From an uncultured Acidobacteriota bacterium (GTDB taxonomy: Bacteria > Acidobacteriota > Vicinamibacteria > Vicinamibacterales > Fen-181), in NCBI GenBank assembly GCA_963724775.1, contig CAVRWB010000016.1:28815-92814 (forward strand): a stretch of 64,000 nucleotides of DNA. The letters run 5' to 3'. The first letter of the stretch is position 1, and every line of letters begins with the position of its first letter. Shown here one piece after another: positions 1 to 10,929 of this stretch. The position numbers and the translations under genes are program-made. The notes beneath the pieces are model-generated. The model did not search any database and was not told the origin of the DNA. It saw only the letters and a program-made list of their open reading frames with translations.

Positions 1-76
1 AAGGGCAAGGGGCGCGTATAGAGGCGGTGGGCCGGACCCGGTAGGACAGGCGTCCCGCCTGTCGCGGACGGCGTTC

Positions 77-1489
77 TCAGCTCGCCCGTCGGTCAAGCTC
101 TTTCTGGGCTGCGCCCCTGATCTCGTCGCACGCCACCCGCTCGTCCGGGTCCGGGCGCTGGCCCGGCTCGATCAGCATGACATCGTCGAGCGCGGCCACC
201 GCCTGCAGCGTCTCCGAGGGCAGTTTCGAGCGCAGTTGCCGCACGAGGATCTCGAGCAGATCCGCCGCTCTCCTCGCCTCGTCCAGCGCATCTCGGTCGC
301 CGACGACTCGCAGCGCCAGGCCGCCGTGCCTGGCGGGCTGGCCGGCCAACAGGGGTGCCATGATGGCGGAGGCGACGAGGCGTTCCCCGATCAGGCCGAC
401 AGCTTTGGCAGCCGCCTCACGTGCCGGGTCGCGGTCCCCAAGCGTTCGAACGAGCTCCGAGCTGGCGGCAGACGCCTTCCGGGCGAGCGACTGGACCGCC
501 GCCTCGCGCACGCCGGCGTCCTGATCGGCCAGCAGCGGCGCGAGCGCCGTGACCACGCGTGGATCGTCCAGTGCGCCGAGCGCGTCGGCCGCGCCTCGGC
601 GGGTCGCAGCGTCTCGCTCGGTCAGTGCCACGATGAGCGGTGCCACGGCCTCACCGCCCTGTGCCGCCGCCTCCAGGAACTGGCCATGGAGGACGGCGTG
701 GACGGCGTGCTGCCGTGCGCCGGCCGGGTTCCACTCAAACGATCGGAGGGCCGACGCGGCCGAGGCTTTCACCTCTCGGTCGCCTTCGAGCCGCGCCGCG
801 CACAGCACGTCCACCGCGGCAGCGTTTCTCAGGGCCGCGAGCGATTGAACGGCGGCCTCGCGGACCGGCCGGTCGCGGTCGCCGACTGCGGCGCGAAGCG
901 CCTCGGCCGATGCCGCATCCCCGATGGAGCCGAACGACAGGGCGGCCGCGCGGCGCGTGGCCGGGTCCTTGTGCGACAGCGCGGCGCGGAGAGCGGGAAC
1001 CGCCTGCACGCCGCCCGCGCGGGCCAGTGCTGGCGCCGCCGCCTGCCTGACATTCGACCGGTCGTCGCCGAGAGCGGCGGTCAACGCGGTCACGCTGTCC
1101 GGTCCGCCGACGCCGCCCAGCGCCTCGATCGCCGCCTCTCTCAGGCGCGCGTCCCGGTCGCGCAGTGCCTCGAGGAGCGGGCCGTGGGCGCCGGAGCCCA
1201 CCTGGATCAACCCCGCAACCGCCGCGCGGCGAATCGCGGCCGCCCCCTCCGCATCATGCGCGTCCTCGGCGTGCCGGACGGCATCGAGAAGGAGGGGTGC
1301 GACGGCCGAATCCCCGATCGCTCCGAGCGCGCGAACCGCCGCCTCGCGTACGCTCCACTCCGGATCGTCGAGCAGGGGCCGGATCGTCGGGATGGAAGCC
1401 GTGCGCCCGGGCGTGCCGAGCTTGAGCGCCGCTCGCCGCCGCGTCTCGGCGTCGCGCGATTTCAACTGGAAGGAGGTGAAGAGGCCCAT
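77..1489 (-). CDS. HEAT-repeat (PBS-lyase-like) protein
   Basis: 470-aa uninterrupted ORF. Repeated 'DxxVRxaAxxALGxIG' HEAT/PBS-lyase-like units throughout the translation. Confidence 0.6.
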   Translation of the reverse strand: MGLFTSFQLKSRDAETRRRAALKLGTPGRTASIPTIRPLLDDPEWSVREAAVRALGAIGDSAVAPLLLDAVRHAEDAHDAEGAAAIRRAAVAGLIQVGSGAHGPLLEALRDRDARLREAAIEALGGVGGPDSVTALTAALGDDRSNVRQAAAPALARAGGVQAVPALRAALSHKDPATRRAAALSFGSIGDAASAEALRAAVGDRDRPVREAAVQSLAALRNAAAVDVLCAARLEGDREVKASAASALRSFEWNPAGARQHAVHAVLHGQFLEAAAQGGEAVAPLIVALTERDAATRRGAADALGALDDPRVVTALAPLLADQDAGVREAAVQSLARKASAASSELVRTLGDRDPAREAAAKAVGLIGERLVASAIMAPLLAGQPARHGGLALRVVGDRDALDEARRAADLLEILVRQLRSKLPSETLQAVAALDDVMLIEPGQRPDPDERVACDEIRGAAQKELDRRAS

Positions 1490-1668
1490 CGGTCAATCAT
1501 TCTATCAATGTCCTCTGCGATCTCGGCGTCTCCGCGGTAAACGTCGAGGCTTCGATCGTATCCGGACGAGCAGGCTGGAAATCGTCAAATCACAAAATCG
1601 CGAAATTGCCGAATTCCTGTACAATCCCGGCCATCGCGGGGCGGAGCCCCGCAAGGAGAAGAGGCATC

Positions 1669-3391
1669 ATGCGTTGTCCGGCCGGCTCCTGCATGGCGGG
1701 GGCCATCGTCGTCTCGCTCGGGTTCGCGTGCGTGGCGTGCGGCCCGAGGGTCGAGCCCGCCGATCTCATCCTCACCAACGGCCGCGTCGCGACCGTCGAT
1801 CCGGACAAGCCAGGCGCCGAGGCGATTGCCGTGCGCGGCGACCGGATCGAGGCGGTCGGCACCTCACGCGACATCAAGCCCTACATCGGCCAGAACACCG
1901 AGGTGATCGACCTCGCCGGCCGGTTCGCGATGCCCGGCTTCATCGAGTCGCACGCGCACTTCACCGGCGTCGGCTCCGCGAAGATGCAGCTCGAGCTGAT
2001 GAAGACGCGGACGTGGGACGAGATTGTCGGCATGGTCGCCGACGCCGCCAAGAAGGCGAAGCCGGGCGAGTGGATCGTGGGCCGCGGCTGGCACCAGGAA
2101 AAATGGGAACACAAGCCGCTGCAGACGGTCGAGGGCTTTCCCACGCACGAGTTCCTGAGCCGGGCGGCGCCGGACAACCCCGTCATCCTCACGCATGCCA
2201 GCGGCCACGCGACGATCGCCAACGCGAAGGCGATGGCGCTGGCGGGCATCACCCGCAAGACGCCGAACCCGGCCGGCGGGCAGATCGTCCGTGACGACAA
2301 GGGCAACGCGACCGGCGTCTTCAAGGAAACCGCCTCGGGACTCGTCCGGCAAGGCGTACGCGGAGGCGCGCGCGGCCCGGACGCCCGAGCAGGCGGCCGC
2401 CGACGCCGACCGCGAGGTGGAGCTGGCCGACCGCGAGTTCCTGTCGAAAGGGATCACGACGGTCCACGATGCCGGCGCCAGCCTCGAGACGATCGACCGC
2501 TACAAGCGATTCGCGGAGGGCGGCAAGCTGGGCGTCCGCCTGTACGTGATGATCGAGGAGGACAACGCGACGGATCCTGCCGTCCTGAAGAAGTACCGGA
2601 CGGTCGGCGCCCACAACAACCACCTCACGGTGCGGGCGATCAAGGCCTACATGGACGGCGCGCTCGGTTCCCGCGGCGCCTGGCTCCTGGAGCCCTACGC
2701 CGATCTCCCGTCGAGCACCGGGCTGAACGTGCGGCCGATCGACCAGATCGCGCAGACCGCCCAGCGCGCCATCGAGAACGACTACCAGCTGTGCATCCAC
2801 GCCATTGGCGACCGCGCCAACCGCGAAACGCTCAATCTCTACGAGGCCGCCTTCGCGGCGCACCCCGACAAGAAGGACGTGCGATGGCGCGTCGAGCACG
2901 CGCAGCACATCGCCGCGCCCGACATCGCCCGCTTCGGGCAGCTGGGCGTCATCGCGTCGATGCAGGGGATCCACTGCACGTCGGACGCGCCCTACGTCCT
3001 CGCGCGCCTCGGCCCACAGCGGGCCGAGGAAGGCGCGTACGTCTGGCAGAAGCTGATGAAGAGCGGGGCGGTGGTGGCCAACGGGACGGACGCGCCGGTC
3101 GAGGAAGTCGATCCGCTGCCCGGCTACTACGCGCTCGTCACGCGCAAGCAGAAGAACGGCCAGGTCTTCTACGGCGACCAGCGGATGACGCGCGCCGAGG
3201 CGCTCAAGGCGTACACGCTGAACGGCGCCTACGCGGCATTCGAGGAGGGGCTCAAGGGGCAGCTGAAGGCGGGCCGCCTGGCAGACATCACGGTGCTGTC
3301 GGCCGACATCACGCAGATTCCCGAAGCGGAGATCCAGAAGGCCCAGGTCGCCTACACGATCGTCGGCGGCAAGATCGTCTACGGAAAGTAG
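1669..3391 (+). CDS. Amidohydrolase-3 family metal-dependent hydrolase (YtcJ-like), apparent frameshift near 2340
   Basis: ATG at 1669 preceded by AAGGAG, then a signal-like N-terminus. The HAHF/HASGH motifs lie in the 1606 frame. The C-terminal half (VHDAG...HAIGDRAN...ANGTDAPVE) continues in the 2195..3391 frame, implying a frameshift around 2330-2350. Confidence 0.65.
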
Positions 3392-3435
3392 GGCGGGTCT
3401 TAGACCCGCCGAGGGGCGGACCTTCAGGTCCGCCC
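3392..3435. terminator. Two adjacent GC-rich hairpins between convergent amidohydrolase and truA (bidirectional terminator candidates)
   Basis: GGCGGGTCT-TA-AGACCCGCC at 3392-3410 and GGGGCGGACC-TTCA-GGTCCGCCC at 3413-3435. The truA stop codon sits in the second loop. There is no U-tract, which is typical of high-GC genomes. Confidence 0.4.
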
Positions 3436-4219
3436 ACCCCGCGCCAGCGGCGTGACCGCCCTCAGCGGGGCCTCGCGCGGCTCGCCTTCGTAGACGACGC
3501 GCTCCAGGAACAGGCCGGAAGCCGGTGCGGTCAGCCGTGCCGGCACCGGCGAGGTCCTGCCGGAGGAATCCCGCCACGTCCTCCGGCTCCAACCCGCCGC
3601 GGCCGATTTCCACCAGCACGCCGACGATTCGCCGCACCATCTTCCAGATGAAGTGCGACCCGACCACGCGGACGAGGATCAGGTCGCCCTCTTCGCCCAC
3701 CTGCACGTCGTCCAACAGCACCTTCGTGGAGGACTCGCCGGGATCGCTGTCGCTGAAGGAACGGAAGTCGTGCATCCCGGCAAAGCCCGCCGCGGCCTCG
3801 CGCATCCGGTCGAGGTCGAGGTCCTCCTTCACCCACCACACGAACGGCTTCGCGAACGCGGTGCGGCGGCGCGCCACCTGGTAGAGATAGCTGCGCGACG
3901 CGGCGTCGTGCCGCGCGTGGAACTTGTGACGGACGGCCGCGATGGCGAGGACGTTGATGTCGACGGGGAGGACGTCGTTGATCCGCCGCCGCAGCGTTTC
4001 GGGCGGGAGGTTCGTCGGGATCTCGAGGTGCGCAATCTGCTCGAGCGCGTGGACCCCGGCGTCGGTCCGCCCCGATCCCTGCAGGTCGAAGGCGGGAGAG
4101 CCGCTCGCCTCCTTGATGGCCCGCTGCAACTCGCCCTGCACCGTGCGGGCGTTCTTCTGCACCTGCCAGCCGCTGTAGCGGGTGCCGGCGTATTCAATCG
4201 TCAGCTTGTAGCGAGGCAT
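3424..4219 (-). CDS. truA: tRNA pseudouridine(38-40) synthase TruA (apparent frameshift near C-terminus, about 3540-3580)
   Basis: MPRYKLTIEYAGTRYSGWQVQ...RTDAGVHA is a TruA signature. The conserved C-terminal 'TAPASGLFLERVVY' is in a different frame from the body, ending at TGA 3424-3426. The six-frame ORF track shows an artificially long ORF (2321..4258) because stop codons are rare at this GC content. Confidence 0.75.
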
Positions 4220-4487
4220 GGCGCGTTGCTGGCTCGGAGCCCAGGGCTCGAGGCTCACGACCTGTCAGCGTAGCATACGAGGCAGCCGGCTGGACCGCTG
4301 GACGACACCACCAGGACACCAAGATCACAAAGAACGAAGATTGTCCCGCTCCCGAATGACGGCGCCGAAGACCGCAGGCAGCGGGCTGGCGTTTGTGCCC
4401 TTCGTCCTTCGTGGTCAATACCGTGGACAGCGTCAGGCGCCGGCCGACACGGTCACGGCGCCGGGCGCGGACACGGCTGGCAGGTTC

Positions 4488-5450
4488 CTAGATCCCCGAT
4501 CCCCCGAAGTGCTGCTCCTGCCTGACTTCCACCTGCGTGACCCGGCTGGCCGGCGGCACGCTGTGGGTGAGCCAGACGTTGCCGCCGACGACCGAGCCGG
4601 CGCCGATGGTGATCCGTCCGAGCACCGTCGCCCCGCCGTAGATCACCACGTCGTCCTCGACGATCGGGTGGCGCGGGATGCCCTTGACCGGGTTGCCGTG
4701 CTCGTCCACCGGGAAGCTGCGCGCGCCGAGCGTCACGCCCTGGTAGATGCGGACGCGCCGGCCGATCTCGCACGTCTCCCCGATCACGACGCCGGTGCCG
4801 TGGTCGATGAAACAGCTGTCCCCGATCCGCGCTCCCGGGTGAATGTCGATCCCCGTGAGCGCGTGCGCGTGCTCGGTGATGATGCGCGGCAGCAGCGGCA
4901 CCTCGAGGCGGTGCAGTTCGTGCGCCAGGCGGTAACACGTGAGGGCGAGGATGCCCGGGTAGCAGAGAATCGTCTCGGCGGGGCTGCTGGCGGCGGGGTC
5001 GCCGTCGTACGCCGCCTGCACGTCCTTCGCGAGGCGTCGGCGCACCGCGGGCAGGCACGCGACGAACTGCTCGGTGGCTCGCTGCGACCGCTCCTCGCAC
5101 TGCGGGCAGTTGTCCGGATTGCGGTCGCGGCAGACGAAGCAGAACCCGCGCTGGATCTGCTGGCCCAGGCTGCGAACCAGGCGGTCGAGCGTCGATCCAA
5201 CGTGGAAGTGCAGGCCCTCCGGCGTCAGCTCCGACGTCGTGCCGAAGTAGCCGGGGAAGAGCACCGTGCGGAATTCGAGGACCATCCGGCCAAGGATGTC
5301 CTGCGACGGCAGGTTCGGGTGGCAGCCCTCGGACGGCGGCCGCACCATGATCTCGTCGGGCGCGCACAATTCATCCACGACGGCCGCCAGTTCGATCGGT
5401 CTGCGCCCGTGCTGCGGCTGCCGCACGGCGATCTCGCGGCCCGGGGTCAT
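4488..5450 (-). CDS. cysE: Serine O-acetyltransferase
   Basis: Hexapeptide-repeat C-terminal domain ([25 protein letters not shown]...IYQGVTLG). Its start overlaps the cysK stop (ATGA overlap). Confidence 0.75.
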   Translation of the reverse strand: MTPGREIAVRQPQHGRRPIELAAVVDELCAPDEIMVRPPSEGCHPNLPSQDILGRMVLEFRTVLFPGYFGTTSELTPEGLHFHVGSTLDRLVRSLGQQIQRGFCFVCRDRNPDNCPQCEERSQRATEQFVACLPAVRRRLAKDVQAAYDGDPAASSPAETILCYPGILALTCYRLAHELHRLEVPLLPRIITEHAHALTGIDIHPGARIGDSCFIDHGTGVVIGETCEIGRRVRIYQGVTLGARSFPVDEHGNPVKGIPRHPIVEDDVVIYGGATVLGRITIGAGSVVGGNVWLTHSVPPASRVTQVEVRQEQHFGGSGI

Positions 5451-6394
5451 GCCTGATCCTCGAAGAGCCAGGTGCTCAAGTAACGCTCGCCCGTGTCGGG
5501 AAGGACGACCACGATCATCTTGCCCCGGTTCTCCTCGCGGCTCGCCACGGCCACCGCTCCCAGCATGGCTGCCCCGCACGAGATGCCCGATATGATCCCT
5601 TCCTCGCGAGCCAGGCGGCGCGCCATCGCGCCGGAGTCGGGGCTGTTGACGGTGATGATTTCGTCGATCAACTCGCGCCGCAGGACGTCCGGGACGAATC
5701 CCGCGCCAAGCCCCTGGATCTTGTGCGGGCCGGGCTTGCCGCCGGAGAGCACCGGCGACTCGGACGGTTCCACCGCCACGATCTTGAACGACGGCTTGCG
5801 CGGCTTGATCACCTCGCCGACGCCCGTGATCGTCCCGCCCGTTCCGACGCCGGCGACGAGGTAGTCGATCTGCCCGTCGGTGTCCCGCCAGAGTTCTTCC
5901 GCCGTCGTGCGGCGATGCACGTCCGGGTTCGCCGGGTTGGCAAACTGCTGGAGGATCAAGTAGCGGGGGTCGGTGGCGGCAAGTTCCTGCGCGCGGCGGA
6001 TGGCGCCAGGCATCCCTTCGGGACCGGGAGTCAGGATCAGCTCGGCGCCAAAGGCCTTGAGCAGCTTGCGGCGCTCGATGCTCATCGTCTCAGGCATCAT
6101 CAGGACCAGCCGGTAGCCGCGGACGGCGCACACGAACGCCAGCGCGATGCCGGTGTTGCCGCTGGTCGGCTCGAGCAGGATGGTGTCCTTGTCGATCGTC
6201 CCGCTCTTCTCGGCGGCGTCGATCATCGCGGCCCCGATTCGGTCCTTGACGCTCGAGGCGGGGTTGAAGCTTTCCAGCTTCGCGACGATCTGTCCGGGGA
6301 GGCCGGCGCCGATCCGGTTGATGGACACGAGCGGCGTGCGGCCGATCAGTTCCGTGACGTCCTTGGCGATGGCGAGCTTGCTGGTGGTGGCCAT
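5447..6394 (-). CDS. cysK: Cysteine synthase A (O-acetylserine sulfhydrylase)
   Basis: PLP-dependent fold motifs ([33 protein letters not shown]). Co-operonic with cysE. Confidence 0.85.
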   Translation of the reverse strand: MATTSKLAIAKDVTELIGRTPLVSINRIGAGLPGQIVAKLESFNPASSVKDRIGAAMIDAAEKSGTIDKDTILLEPTSGNTGIALAFVCAVRGYRLVLMMPETMSIERRKLLKAFGAELILTPGPEGMPGAIRRAQELAATDPRYLILQQFANPANPDVHRRTTAEELWRDTDGQIDYLVAGVGTGGTITGVGEVIKPRKPSFKIVAVEPSESPVLSGGKPGPHKIQGLGAGFVPDVLRRELIDEIITVNSPDSGAMARRLAREEGIISGISCGAAMLGAVAVASREENRGKMIVVVLPDTGERYLSTWLFEDQA

Positions 6395-6547
6395 GTGTCC
6401 TTTCCTGGCTGGCGGGGTGCCGGCCGTCGCTGAGCTAGAATGGAACGGATACCTTCCGGGACATGACGGGCGACCTGTAACGATTAGGACGCTCCGGCCG
6501 CGCATTTGGATGCAAGGCGCGTGCGCAGCCGGTCACCGGTTGGTGCA

Positions 6548-6617
6548 AAGCTGAGCCGGGCTCCGGCGTGGCGCAAAGCTCCAGCCTTGGGCGTGGCGCA
6601 AAGCTCCAGCTTTGCGA
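6548..6617. promoter_or_regulatory. Three direct repeats of GGCGCAAAGCTCCAGCYTTG in the divergent cysK / proline-dehydrogenase promoter region; the last copy forms the palindrome GCAAAGCTCCAGCTTTGC
   Basis: Read directly from the sequence. The same palindrome family recurs at 7579-7599 and 63373-63392. Confidence 0.4.
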
Positions 6618-6630
6618 GGGAGACCATCAG

Positions 6631-7565
6631 ATGTCGATCATGCGGAGCGTGCTTCTGGCGGGTGCCGAGAGCGTGTGGTTGCGCGAGCACGCCATGCGGG
6701 CCCCGTTCGTCCGCCGCTCGGTTTCGCGCTTCATGCCGGGCGAGTCGATGGCCGAGGCGCTCGACGCGTGCCGGCGGCAGCAGGCGGAGCGCGGCACTGG
6801 AACGATCCTCACGCACCTCGGCGAGAACCTCGCGTCGATTGCCGAAGCCGGCCAGGTGACCGAGCACTACCTGCAGCTGCTCGACCGCATCCAGGCGGCG
6901 GGACTCGATGCGCAGGTGTCGGTCAAGCTGACGCAGCTGGGACTCGACCTGGGCCCCGACGCCTGCGCGGCAAACCTGCAGACCCTCGTCGATCGCGCCG
7001 AGGCGCGCGGCAACATGATCTGGATCGACATGGAGAGCAGCAAGTACGTCGATCCGACGCTGGCGCTGTTCCGCCGCGTCCGCCAGCGTTCGGCGCGCGA
7101 CCGGCCTGTGCCTCCAGGCGTACCTCCACCGCAGCGCTGCCGATCTCGATTCGCTGCTTGCCGCTGGCGCCCGCTATTCGCCTGGTCAAGGGCGCCTACA
7201 GGGAGCCACCCGAGATCGCGTTCCCCAAGAAGGCGGACGTGGACGAGAACTACTTCCGGCTGGCCGCTCGAATGCTCCAGCCCGACGTGCCACGAGGCAC
7301 CATGCTCGGTGTGGGCACGCACGACGACAGGCTCATCGAGCGGCTGAGGGCCGTCATCGCGGAGCACCACGTTCCCCCCACCGCCTATGAGTTCGAGATG
7401 CTGTACGGCATCCAGCGGCCCCTTCAAGCGCGGCTGGTTCGCGAAGGCGCGCCGCTCCGGGTGCTGATCAGCTACGGCGAGTTCTGGTTCCCGTGGTACA
7501 TGCGGCGGCTGGCCGAGCGGCCCGCCAACGTGCTGTTCGTGGCAAAAAGCATGTTCGGAGGTTGA
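6631..7565 (+). CDS. Proline dehydrogenase (monofunctional PutA-like), two apparent frameshifts (about 7095 and about 7185)
   Basis: ATG at 6631 with a GAGGGAG RBS. N-terminal part is in the 6568 frame and a middle segment (LCLQAYLHRSAADLDSLLAAGAR) in a third frame. The C-terminal part (IRLVKGAYREPPE...GTHDDRLIERLRAV...ISYGEFWFPWYMRRLAERPANVLFV) is in the 6612 frame. Confidence 0.7.
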
Positions 7566-7578
7566 GCTGGTCCTGTGG

Positions 7579-7599
7579 GCGCGAAGCTCGAGCTTCGCG
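7579..7599. promoter_or_regulatory. Perfect 18-bp palindrome GCGAAGCTCGAGCTTCGC about 40 bp upstream of the azurin start (operator candidate)
   Basis: Sequence 7581-7598. Related to the GCAAAGCTCCAGCTTTGC elements at 6598-6615 and 63373-63392. Confidence 0.35.
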
Positions 7600-7635
7600 A
7601 TATGCTGATTTCAAACCGGAGATCAGGAGAAACCA

Positions 7636-8094
7636 ATGCCGATTGCCCGTCCCCTCGCGTGCGCCGCCATCATCCTCGCGATCCTGTCGCCCGTCCAGGC
7701 CCGCCAGGCCGCTCCCCGCATCGTGCAGATCGAGGTTGGGGACAACATGAAGTTCAGCGTCCCCGCGATCACCGCCCGCCCCGGTGAGATGCTCAAGGTG
7801 GTGCTGAAGGGCGTCGGCCAGATGCCGAAGGTGGCCATGGGCCACAACTTCGTGCTGCTCAAGAAGGGCGTCGACCCGAAGAAGTTCGTGGACGCGTCGA
7901 TGAACGCCCGCGACACCGAGTTCATCGCGCCGGCCGTGAAGGACCAGGTGATCGCCTCGACGCGGCTGGTGGGCCCGGGCGAAACGGTGGACGCGACGTT
8001 TGCCGCGCCCAAGCAGCCCGGCGACTACACCTACCTCTGCTCGTTCCCGGGCCACTTCGCGCTCGGGATGAAGGGGATACTCACGGTGAAATGA
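7636..8094 (+). CDS. Azurin-like blue copper protein (cupredoxin) with signal peptide
   Basis: AGGAGA RBS 8 nt upstream. The C-terminal 'YTYLCSFPGHFALGMKGILTV' matches the azurin copper-site motif (C...H...M). An N-terminal signal peptide is present. Confidence 0.8.
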   Translation: MPIARPLACAAIILAILSPVQARQAAPRIVQIEVGDNMKFSVPAITARPGEMLKVVLKGVGQMPKVAMGHNFVLLKKGVDPKKFVDASMNARDTEFIAPAVKDQVIASTRLVGPGETVDATFAAPKQPGDYTYLCSFPGHFALGMKGILTVK

Positions 8095-8100
8095 CGAGTG

Positions 8101-9478
<1,378 letters not shown>

Positions 9479-9485
<7 letters not shown>

Positions 9486-10555
9486 AGGCCTCCAGTCTGG
9501 GTTCCGGCAATGGCCAGGAGATCGGATACGACAGCCACTCCTGTCGCATCGCCGCCCGCGCCGCGCCCGGCGTAGAGCGTGTCGCCGCCGTACTCGCCGG
9601 TGACGAGGACCGCGTTTTCGCAGCCTCGGACGCGGGCGAGCGGTGAGTCGAGGGGCACGAGTTCCGGGCCAACCGACGCGCGGACCGCTTTCAGTTGTCC
9701 GTATCCGAATTCCCGTTTTCCGTTTTCCGTCTTCGGTTTCCCGTTTCGGCCGTCCTGGTCGCGTCCGGCCGGGACGACCGTTGCCCGCGACACCTGCCTG
9801 ATGGTGGCGCCGCGCGCGTGCGCGGCGTCGAAATCCTGCAGGGTGACGCCGGAGATCGACCCGCACGCAATCTCGGACGATGCGATGGCGGTGTCGAAGC
9901 CCACCGAGCAGAGGATCGAGAGCTTGGCCCGCGCGTCGAACCCTTCCACGTCCGCCGCCGGGTCGGCCTCGGCGTAGCCGAGCGCCTGCGCCTCCGCCAG
10001 GGCGTCGTCAAAGGCGATACCGGCCTCTTCCATCCGGGTGAGGATGTAGTTGCACGTGCCGTTGATGACGCCGGTGATGGCGGTGAGCCGGTCGCCCGCC
10101 AGGCCGAGACGGACGGCGTCGAGGACGGGGACGCCGCCAGCCACGGAGGCGCCGAAGCGGAACTGCCGTCGCTGTCGTGCGGCGAGGGCGTTGAATCGGC
10201 GCCCCTCGTCAGCGACGAGCTGCTTGTTCGCCGTGACGACCGACTTTCCCGCCAGCAGGGCGCGGGTGATCCACTCGCGGGCCGGCGAGACGCCGCCGAC
10301 CAACTCGACGAGGACGTCGATGTCCGGCGCGAGGAGATCGTCGAAGCGGGCGGTCCACTCGACGTCGGCGCGCAGCCAGGCCGGCCGCGGCTTCGACTCG
10401 CTGCGCGCGCAGACCCGCACGAGGCGGACGGCCTCGTCTTCGCGCCGCTCGAGGATCCGAGCCACCGCGGTGCCGACCGTCCCGAAACCCACGAGGCCCA
10501 CGCGCACGGCGGGCCGCACCGGCCAGACCGATCGCAGGGCGGATGTGCGTGGCAT
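9479..10555 (-). CDS. hom: Homoserine dehydrogenase with in-frame simple-repeat insertion
   Basis: [13 protein letters not shown]-binding motif, ...TANK..., and a C-terminal ACT-like region. The stop is 1 bp before the metY start, so they form an operon. Residues [18 protein letters not shown] are encoded by the CCGTTTTCCGTTTTCCG repeat at 9713-9750. Confidence 0.8.
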
Positions 10556-10570
10556 GCTGTCCTCCAGTAC

Positions 10571-10612
10571 AAAAGAAAACCCGCCGACAGGTGGTCATCC
10601 TGCCGGCGGGTT
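10571..10612 (-). terminator. Intrinsic-terminator-like hairpin plus U-tract immediately upstream of the hom RBS (attenuator / riboswitch expression platform candidate)
   Basis: On the mRNA (minus) strand: AACCCGCCGGCAGG-AUGACCAC-CUGUCGGCGGGUU followed by UUUCUUUUGU. Then GGAGGA and the ATG of hom. Confidence 0.55.
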
Positions 10613-10639
10613 GCGGTGCTCCGATGGGGTCTGATGCGT

Positions 10640-10723
10640 CTAATCGCGGAGCGGGCGCAAGCCACCGACACGGATGCCCTTCGGCATTCGCATCGACATC
10701 AGGCTCGCCCCGCGCATCAACAT
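10640..10723 (-). other. Candidate 27-aa Met-rich leader peptide uORF (MLMRGASLMSMRMPKGIRVGGLRPLRD) upstream of hom-metY
   Basis: Translated directly from the sequence. It has 5 Met codons, including an LMSMRM run, and no convincing SD, so this is speculative. Confidence 0.2.
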
Positions 10724-10781
10724 GACTTCACTGTCGCAGCAGTCGCGTCCGAGATCAACAGGGAAGTCGGGGTATGACACA

Positions 10782-10870
10782 AGTCGACGGAGTCGACGGA
10801 GTCAACGGAGTCAACGGAGTCGATGGAGTCGACGGAGTCAACGGAGTCCACGGAGTCAATCGAGTCAACC
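10782..10870. repeat. Tandem array A: about 10 copies of the 9-bp unit GTCRACGGA in the divergent hom / esterase promoter region
   Basis: gtcgacggagtcgacggagtcaacggagtcaacggagtcgatggagtcgacggagtcaacggagtccacggagtcaatcgagtcaacc. It is the inverted complement of array B. Confidence 0.8.
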
Positions 10871-10929
10871 CCTGCACTCCTTCACGTTGCCCTTTGCACT
10901 TCGGGTCCAGTCCGCTACCATTTGCGCCC

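Noticed and set aside
2330-2350. Calling the frameshifted genes (amidohydrolase, truA, metY, lhr and others) pseudogenes
   Set aside because: Frameshifts affect almost every long gene, including essential ones (truA, metY, lhr). A systematic indel error in the assembly is the more economical explanation.
10774-10929. N-terminal VDGVDGVNGVNG... repeat extension of the esterase ORF from the upstream ATG at 10774
   Set aside because: It would place about 50 residues in front of a clear signal peptide. It is encoded by the intergenic 9-bp array, so the start at 10930 was preferred.
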